Origin: Sphyrna mokarran
Lineage: Eukaryota
Direction: 5' to 3'
NCBI GenBank assembly: GCA_024679065.1
Contig: JAGIQG010000020.1
Location: 17,608,001 to 17,672,000, forward strand
DNA length: 64,000 bases
Part shown: positions 39,361 to 52,114 of the stretch, piece by piece
Layout: the number at the start of each line of letters is the position of its first letter
Numbering within the stretch: the first letter of the stretch is position 1
Program-made: the position numbers and the translations under genes
Notes under the pieces: generated by a model
What the model saw: the letters and a program-made list of their open reading frames with translations, nothing else
Database searches by the model: none
Told to the model about the DNA's origin: nothing

Positions 39361-40089
39361 CGGCCTGTGAAATATTTCATCTTACATTTATCTCCAGTGC
39401 CTTCAGTTTGTGAGACAGATAAAGAAGCTTAATTAAAAACACTCACGGATTGAAGAAATAATTCTTACACAATGGATAAAGTTAACATTCCCGAGATGAA
39501 GCTAATTCCCTGTGAAATAGGAAGTATCTGGTTTGGCGAAATCAATTGGGCTGCTGGATTCAATTCACTGAGTTCGCGGAGACAAATGAACTTGGGGTCC
39601 TCTGAGCACAAAGATGGATCTCGCGCATGCACCCATTCTTGACTCAGGTCACAGTTGGTTTGGTGGGGTCTTGGCTGGAGTTTGTCTTGAATATGGCTGT
39701 TTTTATCCTTTCGCTTCCTCCTCTGAGCGTTCCCTAACATTCGGCTGATGGGGTGATATGAGGGAAGTCACAACGTCCAATGAGGTTAGGCCAGGTCATC
39801 TTTAGCAGCAGAGAGTCCGCCTGAAACTAGGGAATCCCCAGTCATTGATGTCTGAGTACCTCCTGATGAGTTTCTGCCATTTCGATTGCAAAGTTTGAGC
39901 CCCTTTATTCAATATATAAGAGGTCTGGGTTCTGGTTTCAGGTCATGATGTCTTTGCTATTGTAAAAGTGTAGCACCCACCCCTATTCAATATGAGGGAC
40001 AGTTCTAGTATGTGTCCTTGTTGACGTTTGACCTGTGGTAACTTTATGTCGTATTAATTTAAAATGTCCAGTTTTACATTGAGCCTAAT

Positions 40090-42730
40090 TTTTCAGGCCA
40101 TGTCCATTTGACCACATCTGCAAATATGATGTCTGGAATGCTGTTCTTGGAAGTGTGGTGGAGGCAGTTTCAATTGAGGCATTTGAGAGGGCAATAGATG
40201 ATTGTTTTTATTCAAATAATGTGTAGGGGTAGAGGGCGAGATAGGGGAATGTCTCTTAGTCATGATGCTCATTTGAAGAGCCAGTGCAGATATGATGGGC
40301 AAATGAGTCGTAACAATTCTGGGAATTTTAGTTAGAGTTAAAAAAAACAAGTAGTAGAATTACTTTTTTGGATTAGTTACAGAGAACTGGTCTGTCCCAG
40401 GTAAATTGGGATCACAGATTGGCAGGCAAAATGGGAATCTGTTAACCTTCAAAGAGGTGATAGTTTGGGTACGGTTGAGGTACATTCCCAGGTAGATGTA
40501 ACATAGAGCAAACAAAGCCAGAACTCCCTGGATGACAGATGAGATCAAGAATAAGATGAAGCAGGAAATGGGGGTGTGTGACTGATTTTACATTGATAAT
40601 TCGTTTCAGAATCAGCCTGAACACAAAAAATTCAAAGAGAAAGTGACAAGAAAGAAAAAGAGAAGCAAAGAGGGAGTTGAGCAAGAGACCGACAGATGAA
40701 ATAGAAAGGAATGCTAAAGTCTTCTCCAGGTACGTCAGTACAAAAAGGCATTGAGAGGACGGGCTAATAAGGGACTAAAAAGGGGGTCTATGTATGGAAT
40801 TGGAATGCTTGGCTGAAATATAAATAAAATACCTTTAAATGTGTTTACCAAGGAAGAATATACTGCCAGGGTCAGAGTGAATACTTAAGTTCTGTTTCAC
40901 TGAACTGTTTCTGCTTTCTCACTGTTATGCCACTATCAATACCTTCTTTGGTCTTTAACACAACCATTACCACCCCTCTTTTCTTGTGCCCATAACATCT
41001 TTATTAAATTGATTCTAAACTTCGACTAGCTTTGACCTTTGACTTTGCTCCATCTACACCATCCCTGGATAAACTGTTTAAGTGGGGTGGGGGGGGGGAG
41101 GCTAGATTAATATCACTGGGGGGTGGTATAGTCAAGGGAAGTTCTCTGTAGTCAAGGTAGAGTGTCTTGAAGGCTGGGTTGGTTGTCTCTGTCAGGGTTC
41201 AGGACATCTGCTCTGGGCTGGAGAGGAACTTGCATTAGAGCTGGTTCAGAGTCTGGTGTGGGAGAAATGGGTTTCTGTTCATGAGGCACTGGCATCAGCA
41301 CTGGGAAAGTAAGGGCTGTACCATTGGAGTGGCTTACATCTGACTGATGCTAGGACAAGTGTTCCGGCAAACCGCATTACTAAGGAAGTCGAGAGGGCAT
41401 TAAATTAGAAAATTAGAAGGGAAAATTAGAAAGGCAAAGTTAAAGAAGATAGGGGTACAGATGAGTCCAAATGCCAACAGAAAGCAAAAGGTCATGGCAA
41501 ATCAAATGAAAGTCACGTATCAGTAACTCTCACAAGAGGAGGGAAACTGGAGAATAAAATGAACTTGAAGACTTTGTATCTGAATGCACGAAGTATTCAG
41601 AATAAAAATAATCAAATAACTGCGCAAATTGAGTCAGATGAGTATGATTTAATAGTGATTTCTGAGATGTGGTTGCAGGGAAACGGGGTTTGGGGATTGA
41701 ATGTTCAAGGATACTCAGTATTTTGGAAGGATGGGTAGGAAGGAAAAGGAGGAGGTGTAGTTTTGTTAGTTCAGAAAGAGAACAGTGCTGTAGTGAGAAA
41801 TGGAATTGGCACTGGAGTCCAATACATAGAATCAGTCTGGGTAGGAATAAGAAACAACAAGGAAAGAAGTGCTGTGTGGGAGTAATCTATAAATCCCAAT
41901 CTGTCGTTCCTCAGTGGGTCACAATATAAACCAAAAAATATTGAAAGTTTGTAAGAAATGTACGGCAACATCCATGGGTAATTTTTAACATACACATTGA
42001 CTGGAATATTCACGCTGGCAAGGGTAGACTTGAGAGAGAGTTCATTGTGGAACCAATCAGAGAGCAGGTTATTCTAGACTTGATATTATGTGATGAGGTG
42101 GAGCAAATAAACTATCATACTTAAGGATCCTCTAGGGAAGAGTGATCATAGCATGGAAATTCAAATTCAGTTTAAGGGTGAGAAATTGGAGTCCCACGTA
42201 AGCATCGTGGGGTTATTCAAAGGAAATTACATAGGCATAAAGACAGATTTGGCCCGAGTGGACTGGATAGGAAGACTACAAGATAAGATAGTGGCAGATA
42301 TTTAAGAAGATATTGAAGTCCTCCCGATTAAAATATATTCCAGAGAGGAGGAAAGATGGTAAGAGGGGGGAAAAGACTTCCATGGCTAATGGATGGTAAG
42401 GGTAACATAAAGGCAGAAATGAAGTTATACCATATTGCTAGAAGACTGGAGAATTTTAACTATTACACCCTTGTTTAAACAAAAAAGATGGCAGGATACA
42501 CCCAGCAACAATCGGCCTGTCAATTTAATGAAGAGAAGATTTTTAAAATTAATGGTCACTTGGGCAAGTGTAGATTAATTAAGGAAAGGCAAGTGTGGAT
42601 TTATTAAAGGTAAATTGTGTTTAACCAGCTTGATTGAGTTGTTTAATTAAGAGCCTGGGAGAGTTGATGTGATGAATACAGCTAATATGAAGTATGTACA
42701 GTTCCTAAAGGTATTTGCTGAAGTGCGTAG
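40090..42730 (+). mobile_element. Mosaic of old CR1 pieces including ORF2 endonuclease region
   Basis: 41570-41700 reads LYLNARSIQNK..YDLIVISEMWLQ; 42120-42150 PLGKSDH (APE catalytic SDH). Confidence 0.75.
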
Positions 42731-42744
42731 AACTAGTTTCTGGT

Positions 42745-43565
42745 TTGATTTATTATTATCACAGGCACTGAGATACAGTGAAAAGTATTGTTTTACGTGC
42801 AATCCATACAAATCATATCATACATAATCCATCAGGACAGTGTGCATAGGGCAAGGAAGATACCTGAGAGCCATTTAAAAATCTGGTAAAGCAGAAAAGA
42901 AGCTGTTCTTCAGTCTGTTGATACATGTCTTCAAACTTCTGTATCTTCTGCCTGATGGAAGAGGGTGGAAAAGAGTGTGAGAGAGTGTAATGGATGGGAG
43001 GGGGTTTTTTGGTTGATTGTGTTCACTACTTTCTCAAGGCAGTGAGATGTGTAGGCGGAGTCAATGAATGGAAATTGGTTTGTGTGATGGACTGGGCTGC
43101 ATTCACAACACTCTGTAATTTCTTCTGGTCTTGGGCAGAGCACTTGCCATAACAAGCTGTGATGCATCCATGTAGGATGCTTTCTATGGTGCATCTATAG
43201 AAGTTGATAAAAGTCATTGTGGATATATTGAATCTCTTAGTCTTCTGAGGAATAAAAAGCATTGGTGTGCTTTCTTAACTGTGGCGTCTACATGGGTGGA
43301 CCGGGACAAATTGTAGTTATCTTTACTCCTAGAAACTTTAAGCTTTCTCCATCTCATTGACACAGGTAAGAGTGCGTCCTTCACTCTGCTTCTTGAAGTC
43401 AAAGACCAGCTCCTTTGTTTCACTGCCACTGGGGGGGGGGAGGTTTTTCCCTTTGCAGCATGTCGCTCTGCTCTTTATACCTTTCCTATCCTCTGTCTTG
43501 TTGTTTGAAATCTGACTTAATATGGTGGTGTCATCAGCAAACTTAAATGGAGTTAGAGCCAAAGT
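42745..43565 (-). mobile_element. Rex1/Babar-like LINE 3' portion
   Basis: KFADDTT RT motif; FYRCTIESIL.GCITA.YG. Confidence 0.88.
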
Positions 43566-43589
43566 TGGATTGCCAGCAGTAATAACTAG

Positions 43590-43828
43590 ATAAAAGCAAA
43601 TTACTGCAGATGCTGGGATCTGAAACCAAAAGAGAAAACGCTGGAAAATCTCAGCAGGTCTGGCAGCATCTGTAAGGAGAGAGAAAGAGCTGATGTTTCA
43701 AGTCCAGATGACCTTTTGTTAAAGTTTTGACAAGGGGACATCTGGACTCAAAATGCCAGCTCTTTCTCTCTCCTTACAGATGCTGCCAGACCTGCTGAGA
43801 TCTTCCAGCATTTTCTCTTTTGGTTTTA
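43590..43828. mobile_element. Fold-back element, family B, near-perfect ~100-bp arms
   Basis: gctggaaaatctcagcaggtctggcagcatctgtaaggagagagaaagagctg / cagctctttctctctccttacagatgctgccagacctgctgagatcttccagc; GATTGCCAGCA at 43568-43578 and 43829-43839. Confidence 0.9.
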
Positions 43829-44434
43829 GATTGCCAGCAAAGTTGAAACGCAGAGAATAAATGGGAGAGTGTTAGCATTCTCCCTTCTGAATCAGAATGT
43901 TCTGAGTTCAAATGTCAGTCCAGAGATTTTGGAACAGTATTTCAGTCGCATTCTGAGGAGAGCAACGAGAGAGTGCTTCATTATCAGAAAGGATGTAGGA
44001 GTAACGTGACAAATAAAATCTCTTTTAGCTTTCAGTTTTGTGTTGTTAGGCTTTGTGACTGCAACAAAAATGGAAATGATCATACAATTAATTCCACAAT
44101 CTTGACTGTGACGTAAGGGAAAGAGGACAGGAAATTAGACAACAGACTGTGCTGGCTTTGCAATCTTTCTAGTGAGTGGTTGAAATGTCATTAAGTTGTA
44201 TAAATTGCCAAGGTTTTGAGTGAGAAATGGGAAGGGTCACAAAAAGGAGGAAAGTACAATTAAAGTGACTATTTGTGTGCAATGGGGAGAAACCCTATCA
44301 TTAACACAATTGAGGTTTATAAAGTTAAAAGTCTTTTTCTTTATTTAACAAGTCAATGTGGATGCTTTGGCCACTTTCTGAGGGGGTTACTCATAAAGAC
44401 TTCTTTTATTATTTCTAATAACCTGCCTCTCTTT

Positions 44435-44770
44435 ATAGAACCATCGAATCCCTACAGCACAGAGCGAGACCATTCAGCCCATCGTGTCTGCACCAAGTCT
44501 GTCTGACAGAGTACCCGAAACCCCATATATTTACCATGACTAATCCATCTGATTTACACATCTTGAGGGACGTAAGTGGCAATTTAGCATGACTAATCCA
44601 CTTAACCTGCACACTTTTGGCCTGTGGGAGGAAACTGGAGCACCCAGAGGAAACCTCCCACGCAGTGGCGGGGAGAACATGCAAGCTCCAACCAGAAAGT
44701 GACCCAAGGCTGGAATTGAACCCAGGTCCCTGGAGCTGTGAGGCAGCAGTATTAATCCACTGTGCCTGAT
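44435..44770 (-). mobile_element. V-SINE, tail A
   Basis: ccattcagcccatcg tail; ctgtgaggcagcagt head. Confidence 0.85.
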
Positions 44771-46324
44771 GTGCTTTTTCTAAAAGGAGCTGGATAGTTT
44801 GCTAACTGTAAATCAGTGCTCTTGGGAGAATAGGAACATTTGCTTTGTCAAAATGCTCAAAGTTTTCCCACATTCTCATGTGAATACACCCTTGACAAAG
44901 CAGTAATATCCCTCCTGGACCAACTCAAGCATTATCCACTACATGATTCATATACACACTGACTAACAAACTGCAGTTTTAACAGTAGAATTCTGAAATT
45001 AAATCAGGAACACTTGATGCTTTATGTACCTCCGATAATTCCACAGAAATGGGGATGGATTAGATATTCTTCTGTTTGAACAGGCAGTAAATTTACTCAC
45101 CATTTTCTTTGAAGAGAACAGTGAATCCAAAAACAGCACTAAAACCTATTGTGGGTCAACATTGCCTTTATAAGTGGAACTCCTTCCAAAGTTGAAGAGC
45201 TTTCAACAAACTGAGTCACTGATATTTAGCTTCTCGATTGTCTGCTGCTCTTTAAAATGCCAACAAAAATAGGTGTCCATGTGGCAATGTCCTCTAATGA
45301 TACTCAGTGACTTTATAACTCTAAATGGTTCTTTTTATTGAATGGAACATATTGCTGAGAATTTAATACTGACTGATTTTAAATAGGAATAGTTTGGAGC
45401 TTGATCTTATTCAGAATCATGATTCAGATCTTGGAAAACAGAAGCCGTTCTGTTTTCTCCTGGGCGCAATATGGAGAACGCGGGAACAACAGGAATTCTG
45501 CCGCTAACAAGTTGCTTTGTGTAAGTGCGTAAAAAGTGCAGTAAATTGATTAGCTATTTGTAAATTTCATGCTGTGACTAAACTAATAAGAACTCATCAG
45601 CGTGAGTACCAAAAATTGAAGTTTAACAGCAATGTGAGATTGTACTTTTTTAGAGTAAAGTAATATTTGTACACATAATGTGTGATGATAAGATTATTAG
45701 TAGCTTTCTGTGTTTACAGGTTACTATTACAGGGATGATAGCATCACTATCTAACCTCTCTGAGCTGGTGAGAGCCCAAGCTGATGGAGATGTCAGGAGA
45801 TTAGAGAGTCTGAGAATGGGAGTGATCACAGTGAGACTCTGACCTGGTTACAGAGCTGCAGAGGAGCCCGAGTCACAGATACGAGTAATTCAGTAATAGA
45901 TTGGAATTCTAGCAGATTGGTGACAGAGAATTGGAACAGCTCTGAGCCTGATCACAAGCTACTAAATTGCCTAACTTACGCTGGGACGTTAACCTGATTT
46001 AGCAGGATTATACAATCACCCTTCAGGCTTCTTTCTGCACCAATTTTAACAATTCCCATAACGCAGTGTCCAATTTTGGGGGTGGCAGTGTAATAGACAC
46101 ATTCCACAGACCTTTCAATACAACCTAGATTTTAAAATGTTTTTGGGCAGTGTAGAGTTGCTTTTGGATTGAAACATTGGATCTTTTCAATTGGTTAAAG
46201 CTTACTATGTGCTACTCAGCTGCATGGCTGCAGTAAGAGTTACCACTGAATCCAGGCTGGTCACTTGACCACGTAAGATGACTAAAATGGTGAAGACTAA
46301 TGCCCGTATTTTTATGTTTATTTT

Positions 46325-46605
46325 ACTTTTATTGTCACAAGTAGATTTACATTAACACTGCAATGAAGTTACTGTGAACAATTCCCTCGTCACCACAACT
46401 CTGGCACCTGTTCGGGTACACTGAGGGAGAATTTAGCATGGCCAATGCACCTAACCAGCACATTTTTCGAGTGTGGGAGGAAACTGCAGCACCCGGAGGA
46501 AACCCATGCAGACACGGGGAGAATGTGCAGACTCCATATACAGACAGTGATCCCAGGATTTGTATCCAGGTCCCTGTGAAGCAGCAGTGCTAACCACTGT
46601 GTTAC
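46325..46605 (-). mobile_element. V-SINE, tail B
   Basis: tcacaagtag..cattaacactgcaatgaagttactgtga. Confidence 0.85.
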
Positions 46606-47216
46606 TGTGTTTTTAAACTGTGAGGGAACTGGGGGCATAGTAGGATACATATTGATCTTTTGTGCCGGGGAGCTGGGGGTGAGAACAAACTATTGTGATG
46701 CAAAGGAAGTCTCGCTGATGTGAGTACAAAATTTGGCATATCACTAATTAGAAAATTCATTGAGATGCTACCAGACACTTGGGCAATGGAAAAGGCAATT
46801 TTCCTTGGCAGAGTACAGATTTCTGTTTTGCAGGTAAGGCTGCTTTGGGTTCTTTGAGCAAGCTTTGCACTGTATCTAGCTATATGCTACCTGAGCGAAA
46901 AGCAGTTTGATTTGAGTGATCATTAACCTCCATGGAAAACAATATCAGATGAGGTGCAAAGCAGATATTGATCTACCATATCCATTTCCTGCCAGGCAGG
47001 TCAGACTAATACTTCACCGAGGTGTGTGAGATGACAGCAACAACTCTCTTCGGCAGCAGCACTTTTAGGAAAAGAAATTTCATCACAAAAGCTATTTAAA
47101 AAGGTTGACTAGTCTTTATATGTGACAAACCACATATTGGAAAAACATGATTAGATTCCTATGAACACTATTAGTTACTTGATTAGTCAATCACATTATT
47201 GAAATTATTTTCTAAG

Positions 47217-47515
47217 GGCGGAGACACAGTGGTACAGTGATTAGCACTGCTATCTCACAGCGTCAGGGACCCAGATTTGATTGCAGCCTTGGGTGACTGT
47301 CTGTGTGAGGTTTGCACATTCTTCTTGTGTCTGTGTGGGTTTCCTCCCAGAGTCCAAAGATGTGTGGGTTAGGTTGATTGGCCATGCTAAAATTGTCCCT
47401 TAGTGTCAGATGATTAGCAGGGTAAATATGTGGGGTTACAAGAGTAGGGCAGGATTGTGGTCAGTGCGTACTCAATGGGCGGAATGGCAGCCTCCTGCAT
47501 TGTAGGATTCTATGA
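47217..47515 (+). mobile_element. V-SINE, tail A
   Basis: Full head to gattctatga tail. Confidence 0.85.
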
Positions 47516-47828
47516 TTACCTGTGATGGCTCTGGTGATTCAGCCCGTTTTGACGATTGCACCTTGCCATGTAATAGAACCCCAGATGTTTTCCAACATCT
47601 GGAGCTTCTTGCCTCTGCCTTTGATATTGGAAGTCATTGACAGATCTAGCTCGGCAATCTGAATCATTTTACTACAAATTGCTGCTGGTTGGTTCAAAAA
47701 GGCAGAAATGGGTGACTGGAATTGAACGAATATCAGTTTTCAGAAGTGGTAGGGAGTGTGTATTGAATACTGCATTGATCAGGAAATAGATGTGTGTCAC
47801 CAATATCAGTATCCCCTTGAACTCTAAT

Positions 47829-48339
47829 TGATATGGAATTCTTCTTCTATCCAGTTAAATTCGCACTTTGCACCTTCGACAGAGTAGACAAACTTTGGGT
47901 TTTAAATTAGTCTTTATTCAAGCTATAACAAGGAAGTCTGTCTTCCACAACGTAGTGTACAGACTTGCTGAGTGATACATAGCACAAACAGTTATACCTT
48001 TGCTTATCTTACAAGTATTTTGCATATAGCAATCACAAGTATATATTTGTTCTGATGTAATTAGTATCCAGTTGCAACGAATAGTTCTGATTACTTCATT
48101 TATGTTAGGTGAATATTGTTAACCGGTACAACCTATATATGCTTGTCTGATTATAATGATTAATTACTAATCAGGTTACAGTGTTATACCATTCAAACAT
48201 CTACATCCTTATGGTTACCACTTTGTGGTTATCAGGGATCTCACCCTTTTGTCCCTTGGTCAGCTTGTTTGTGCTGTTCATCTGCAAGTGTGGGAACTGC
48301 ACATCTTCACAGCACCTACCTAGAGAACTGTACTGTACA
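47829..48339 (-). mobile_element. Candidate solo LTR (~510 bp)
   Basis: TG...CA ends, TAAT at 47825-47828 and 48340-48343, minus-strand AATAAA (~47913-47918) and TATA-like GTATAA (~47992-47997) in U3-R-U5 order. Confidence 0.4.
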
Positions 48340-48348
48340 TAATTGTAG

Positions 48349-48520
48349 TCATGATGTGGAGATGCCAGTGTTGGACTGGGATAAACACAGTAAGAAGCCT
48401 CACAACACCAGGTTAAAGTCCAACAGGTTTATTTGGTAGTAAACGTCACTAAAGCTAGTGGCATTTGCTACCAAATAGACCTGTTGGACTTTAACCTGGT
48501 GTTGAGACTTCTTACTGTAC
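48349..48520. mobile_element. Fold-back element, family A, perfect-centred hairpin
   Basis: acagtaagaag..accaggttaaagtccaacagg..tttggtag / ctaccaaa..cctgttggactttaacctggt..cttcttactgt. Confidence 0.88.
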
Positions 48521-48552
48521 TTAATTCACAGGGAACATTCAATTTTTTTAAA

Positions 48553-49050
48553 TTAATTTGAGAGTATTGCTGGCTGGCCAGTATTTATTGCCCATCCCTA
48601 TTTGCACTTGTTTAGAGGTACTTTAGAATCAGCTACATTGGTGTGCCTTTGAAGTCACATGTAGGCCAGACCAGGTAAGGACAGCAGATTTCCTTCCCTA
48701 AAGGACATTAGTGAACCAGATGTTTCTTTAAAAGCAAAATATTGCAGATGCTGGAATCTGAAACAAAAGCAGAAAAATGCTGGAAAATCTCACAGGTCTG
48801 TCAGCATCTGTGGAGGGAGAAATAAAGTTAACGTTTTGAGTCTAGATGACCCTTCATCGGAGTTGTTTTTCATATTGTAGATATTTCTTTTTTGACAATT
48901 AACAATGGTTTCATGGTCAACAATGGATTCTTAATTCCAGATATTTTTTACTCAATTCAGATTCCATCTTCTGTCGTGGTGGAATTGAACCTGGCTCCTC
49001 TGAACGTGAGCTGAGTTTCTGGATTAGTATTCTAGTGATAATATTACTTG
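48553..49050 (-). mobile_element. Second-family SINE interrupted by a family B terminus (~48730-48865)
   Basis: tttattgcccatcccta tail; insert flanked by AGAT(G/A)TTTCTTT at 48718-48729 and 48879-48890. Confidence 0.75.
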
Positions 49051-49399
49051 GCCATCGCCATCCCCACTCATGGACCGGGGTCTGGGTTGGTGGATGAATT
49101 TTGTTTTGGCAATGGTCAAGGGTAGGCAGAAATGAAGAGATGGAGGTGGCTTGAAATTGATGCTGAGTGGACAACGATACTGCGTACATCTACAAACTCT
49201 GGATCATGTCCGTCTACGGTAGTCAGTTTACTATTGGCACGAAGACAACTGAAGTTAAAGAGTTGTCCAAACAGACAGTATTTTATAGATGAGAGGGTGG
49301 TTGATCTTTGAGATGAATAGTTACTCAGGTAGATTGTAGATACCCCAGCTCCCAAAGCTATCTCCCAAATATGTTGAAGGAGAGAGGGAGCAATAGATT

Positions 49400-49900
49400 G
49401 AGTTAGTCCCACACCTTGGCAGCTGCCTCACTCAAAAAGGCCACCATTGACATGGAGATTCCACACCCCATCAGCTGCACCAGCTCAGCCTCCTACAAGC
49501 CGTGAGTGTTTGATAGCAAGGACCTCTGTAAGAAATACAGTACAGAGTTCCTGTGCTGCAATGAGATGCAGACTGCCTATCAGTGATGGAGAAGTGTTTT
49601 TTTCCATAGTAATGCCTTCGGTGTGTCCTTGGAACTGAGTGAGAGGACCGCTGACCAAATGTTCACGTTCTTCTTGAAAGCAGCTCCAAAGGATTCGGGG
49701 TGCTGGCTCCAGATGGCTGAAAATCATCTCCCCCAATGGTTTTTGTTTTCTCAATTCTCCAGAAGCTAAGAGAGGACAAAGAAAATACTTCAAAGACACT
49801 GTGAAGCTCCCTTTGAAACATGGCAGCCAATCGTTGGTCAAAATGGCAACAACTTGTGCATCAAGTTGCGTAAGCTTTGAGGCAGAGTAATGGCAGAGAA
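49400..49900 (+). mobile_element. Decayed RTE-like fragment
   Basis: 49765-49820 reads RGQRKYFKDTVK..LK, RTE C-terminal motif. Confidence 0.45.
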
Positions 49901-50074
49901 GGAAAGAAAAGGAAGCAAATCCTGCACGTGGGATCTTATTACTTCATGGGACATCTTGTTTCATGTGGCCTGTGGGCTGAAAATCAATTTGTTCAGTCAC
50001 ACAAAGGGAAATGGCAGAAACTTGCAGTGGGTGTCATAAACCACTGCCTCTACTTCTCTAGGAGGCTATGAAAA

Positions 50075-50555
50075 TCTGAGGTGTCAGCTACGACTCTCTC
50101 TAATTTTTACAGATGCATCATGGAAAGTATCCTTACCGGATGTATCACAGCTTGGTATGGCTTCTGCTCTAACCAAGACTACAAGAAACTATAAAGAGTC
50201 ATGAACCAACTTCCCATCCGTTGACTCCATCTGGATTTCCCACTGCCTCGGAAAAGCAGCCAGCATAATCAAGGACTCCACACACCCCGGACATGTTCTC
50301 TTCTGTCGGGAAAAGGTACAAAAGTCTGAGATCACGTACCAACTGACTCAAGAACAGTATCTTCCCTGCTGCCATCAGACTTTGAATAGTCCTATCATAC
50401 ATTAAGCTGATCTTTCTCTTCAATCTATTGGTAACTGCAACACCATATTCTGTACCCTATCCTTTCCTTTCCCTCATGTACTCTATGTTTTGTCTGTATA
50501 ATGCATGAGAGACAATACTTTTCACTATATACTAATTCATGTGACAATAAACCTT
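50075..50555 (+). mobile_element. Rex1/Babar-like LINE 3' portion
   Basis: ttttacagatgcatcatggaaagtatcc..gcttggtatgg; catgtgacaataaa tail. Confidence 0.85.
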
Positions 50556-50819
50556 CATCCCCTCTCTCTGAATCCCAAACCATGGGGAAAGTAGCTGGAT
50601 CAGGTTCAGAAATAGAATGAAAGGGCAGTAGGGTGGAAATTGGTGACACTGGGTACAGTCTTCCAATTCTTCGATGCAGGAGGAATTTCTAATGTTGCAG
50701 CTTTTTTTCAAATAAGTGAATAAGGATAAATACAAAAATTACAGAGCAGCCAGTTTAAACTTAGTGGTGGCAGAAATTTTAGAAATAATAATCTGATTGC
50801 AATTAATAGTTACTTAGAC

Positions 50820-52110
50820 AACACTGGCATCTATCCAGCAATGTGGAAGATTGCCCAGGTATGTCCTGTGCACACAAAGCAGGAAAAGTCCAACCCAAAT
50901 AATTACCACCCTATCAATCTACTCACACTCATCAGTAAAATATTGAAAGGGATCTTATCAAGCACTACTTGCTTAACAATAACTTGCTCAGTGACACTCA
51001 GTTTGGATATGACCAGGGTCACTCAGCTTCTGATCTCATTATAATCTTGATTCAAACATGGATGAAAGAGCTGAATTCAAGAAGTGAGGTGAGGTCGACT
51101 GTCCTTGACATCAAGGCAGCATTTGACTGAGTGTGGAGCTCCAGCAAAACTGGAATCAATAGGAATCGGGGGGAACTCTTTACTCATTAGAATCATAGCT
51201 GGCACAATGGAAGATGGACGTGATTCTTGGAGGTCAATCATCTCAGTTCCAGGGCATCATTGCAAGAATCCCTCAGAGTAGTGTCCGTCTTCAGCTGCCT
51301 CAGCAATGATTTTCCCTTCATCGTGAGGTCAGAATTGGGAATGTTCGCTGGTGATTGCAAAATGTTTGGGACTATTTGCAACTCCTTAGTTACTGAAGCA
51401 GTCTATGTCCATATGCAACAAGGCCTGGGCAATGCCTAGCTTGGGTTGATAAGTGACTAGAAACATTTGTGCCACACAAGTGCCAGGCAACAACCATCTC
51501 CAACAAGTGTGAATCCGGCCATCGCCCTTTGACATTTGTTTAAGATTATCATCAATTAAATCCCTACTACCAATGTCATGCCAGGGTGACCATTGACCAA
51601 CAACTGAACTGGGCTAGCCATATAAATATTGTGACTATAAGAGCAGATCAGAGGCTAGGAATCCTGCAGTGAATAACTTACCACCTGACTGCTCGAATCT
51701 TGTCCACCATCCGCAAGGCACAGGAATGCGATTGACTACTCTCCATTTGTTTAAATGAGCGCAACTCTAGCAACACTCAAGAAGCTTTACACCACCCAGG
51801 ACAAAGCAGCCCACTTGACTGGCATGCCATCCACGAATATATTCAATCTCTCCCCCACTGATGCACAATGGCAGCCGTATGCATCACCTGAGATTCTTCT
51901 CCAAGATGTACACCATCTTGGCTTGGAAATATGTCAGCGTTCCTTCGCCGTCACTAAGTCATAATGCTTGAATTTCATCCCTAATAGCACAGCGGGTGTA
52001 CCTACACCAGAGGATTTTAACAGTTCATGAAGGCAGCTCACCACCGCCATCTCGAGGGCAATTAGGAATGGACGATATGTCCAAATCCCAGTGATGAATA
52101 AAGAAAAAAT
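50820..52110 (+). mobile_element. CR1-group LINE, same family as 25500-26330 (RT region to 3' end)
   Basis: WKIAQVCPVH.KQ.KSNP.NY.PI.LL; LDIKAAFD; MFAGD (decayed FADD); agggcaattaggaatgg tail. Confidence 0.85.
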
Positions 52111-52114
52111 ATGA

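Noticed and set aside
43590-43828. Hairpins as pre-miRNA genes or true DNA-transposon MITEs
   Set aside because: Multicopy, variable centres, asymmetric arms, hammerhead-like cores; family A arms match a PLE terminus directly
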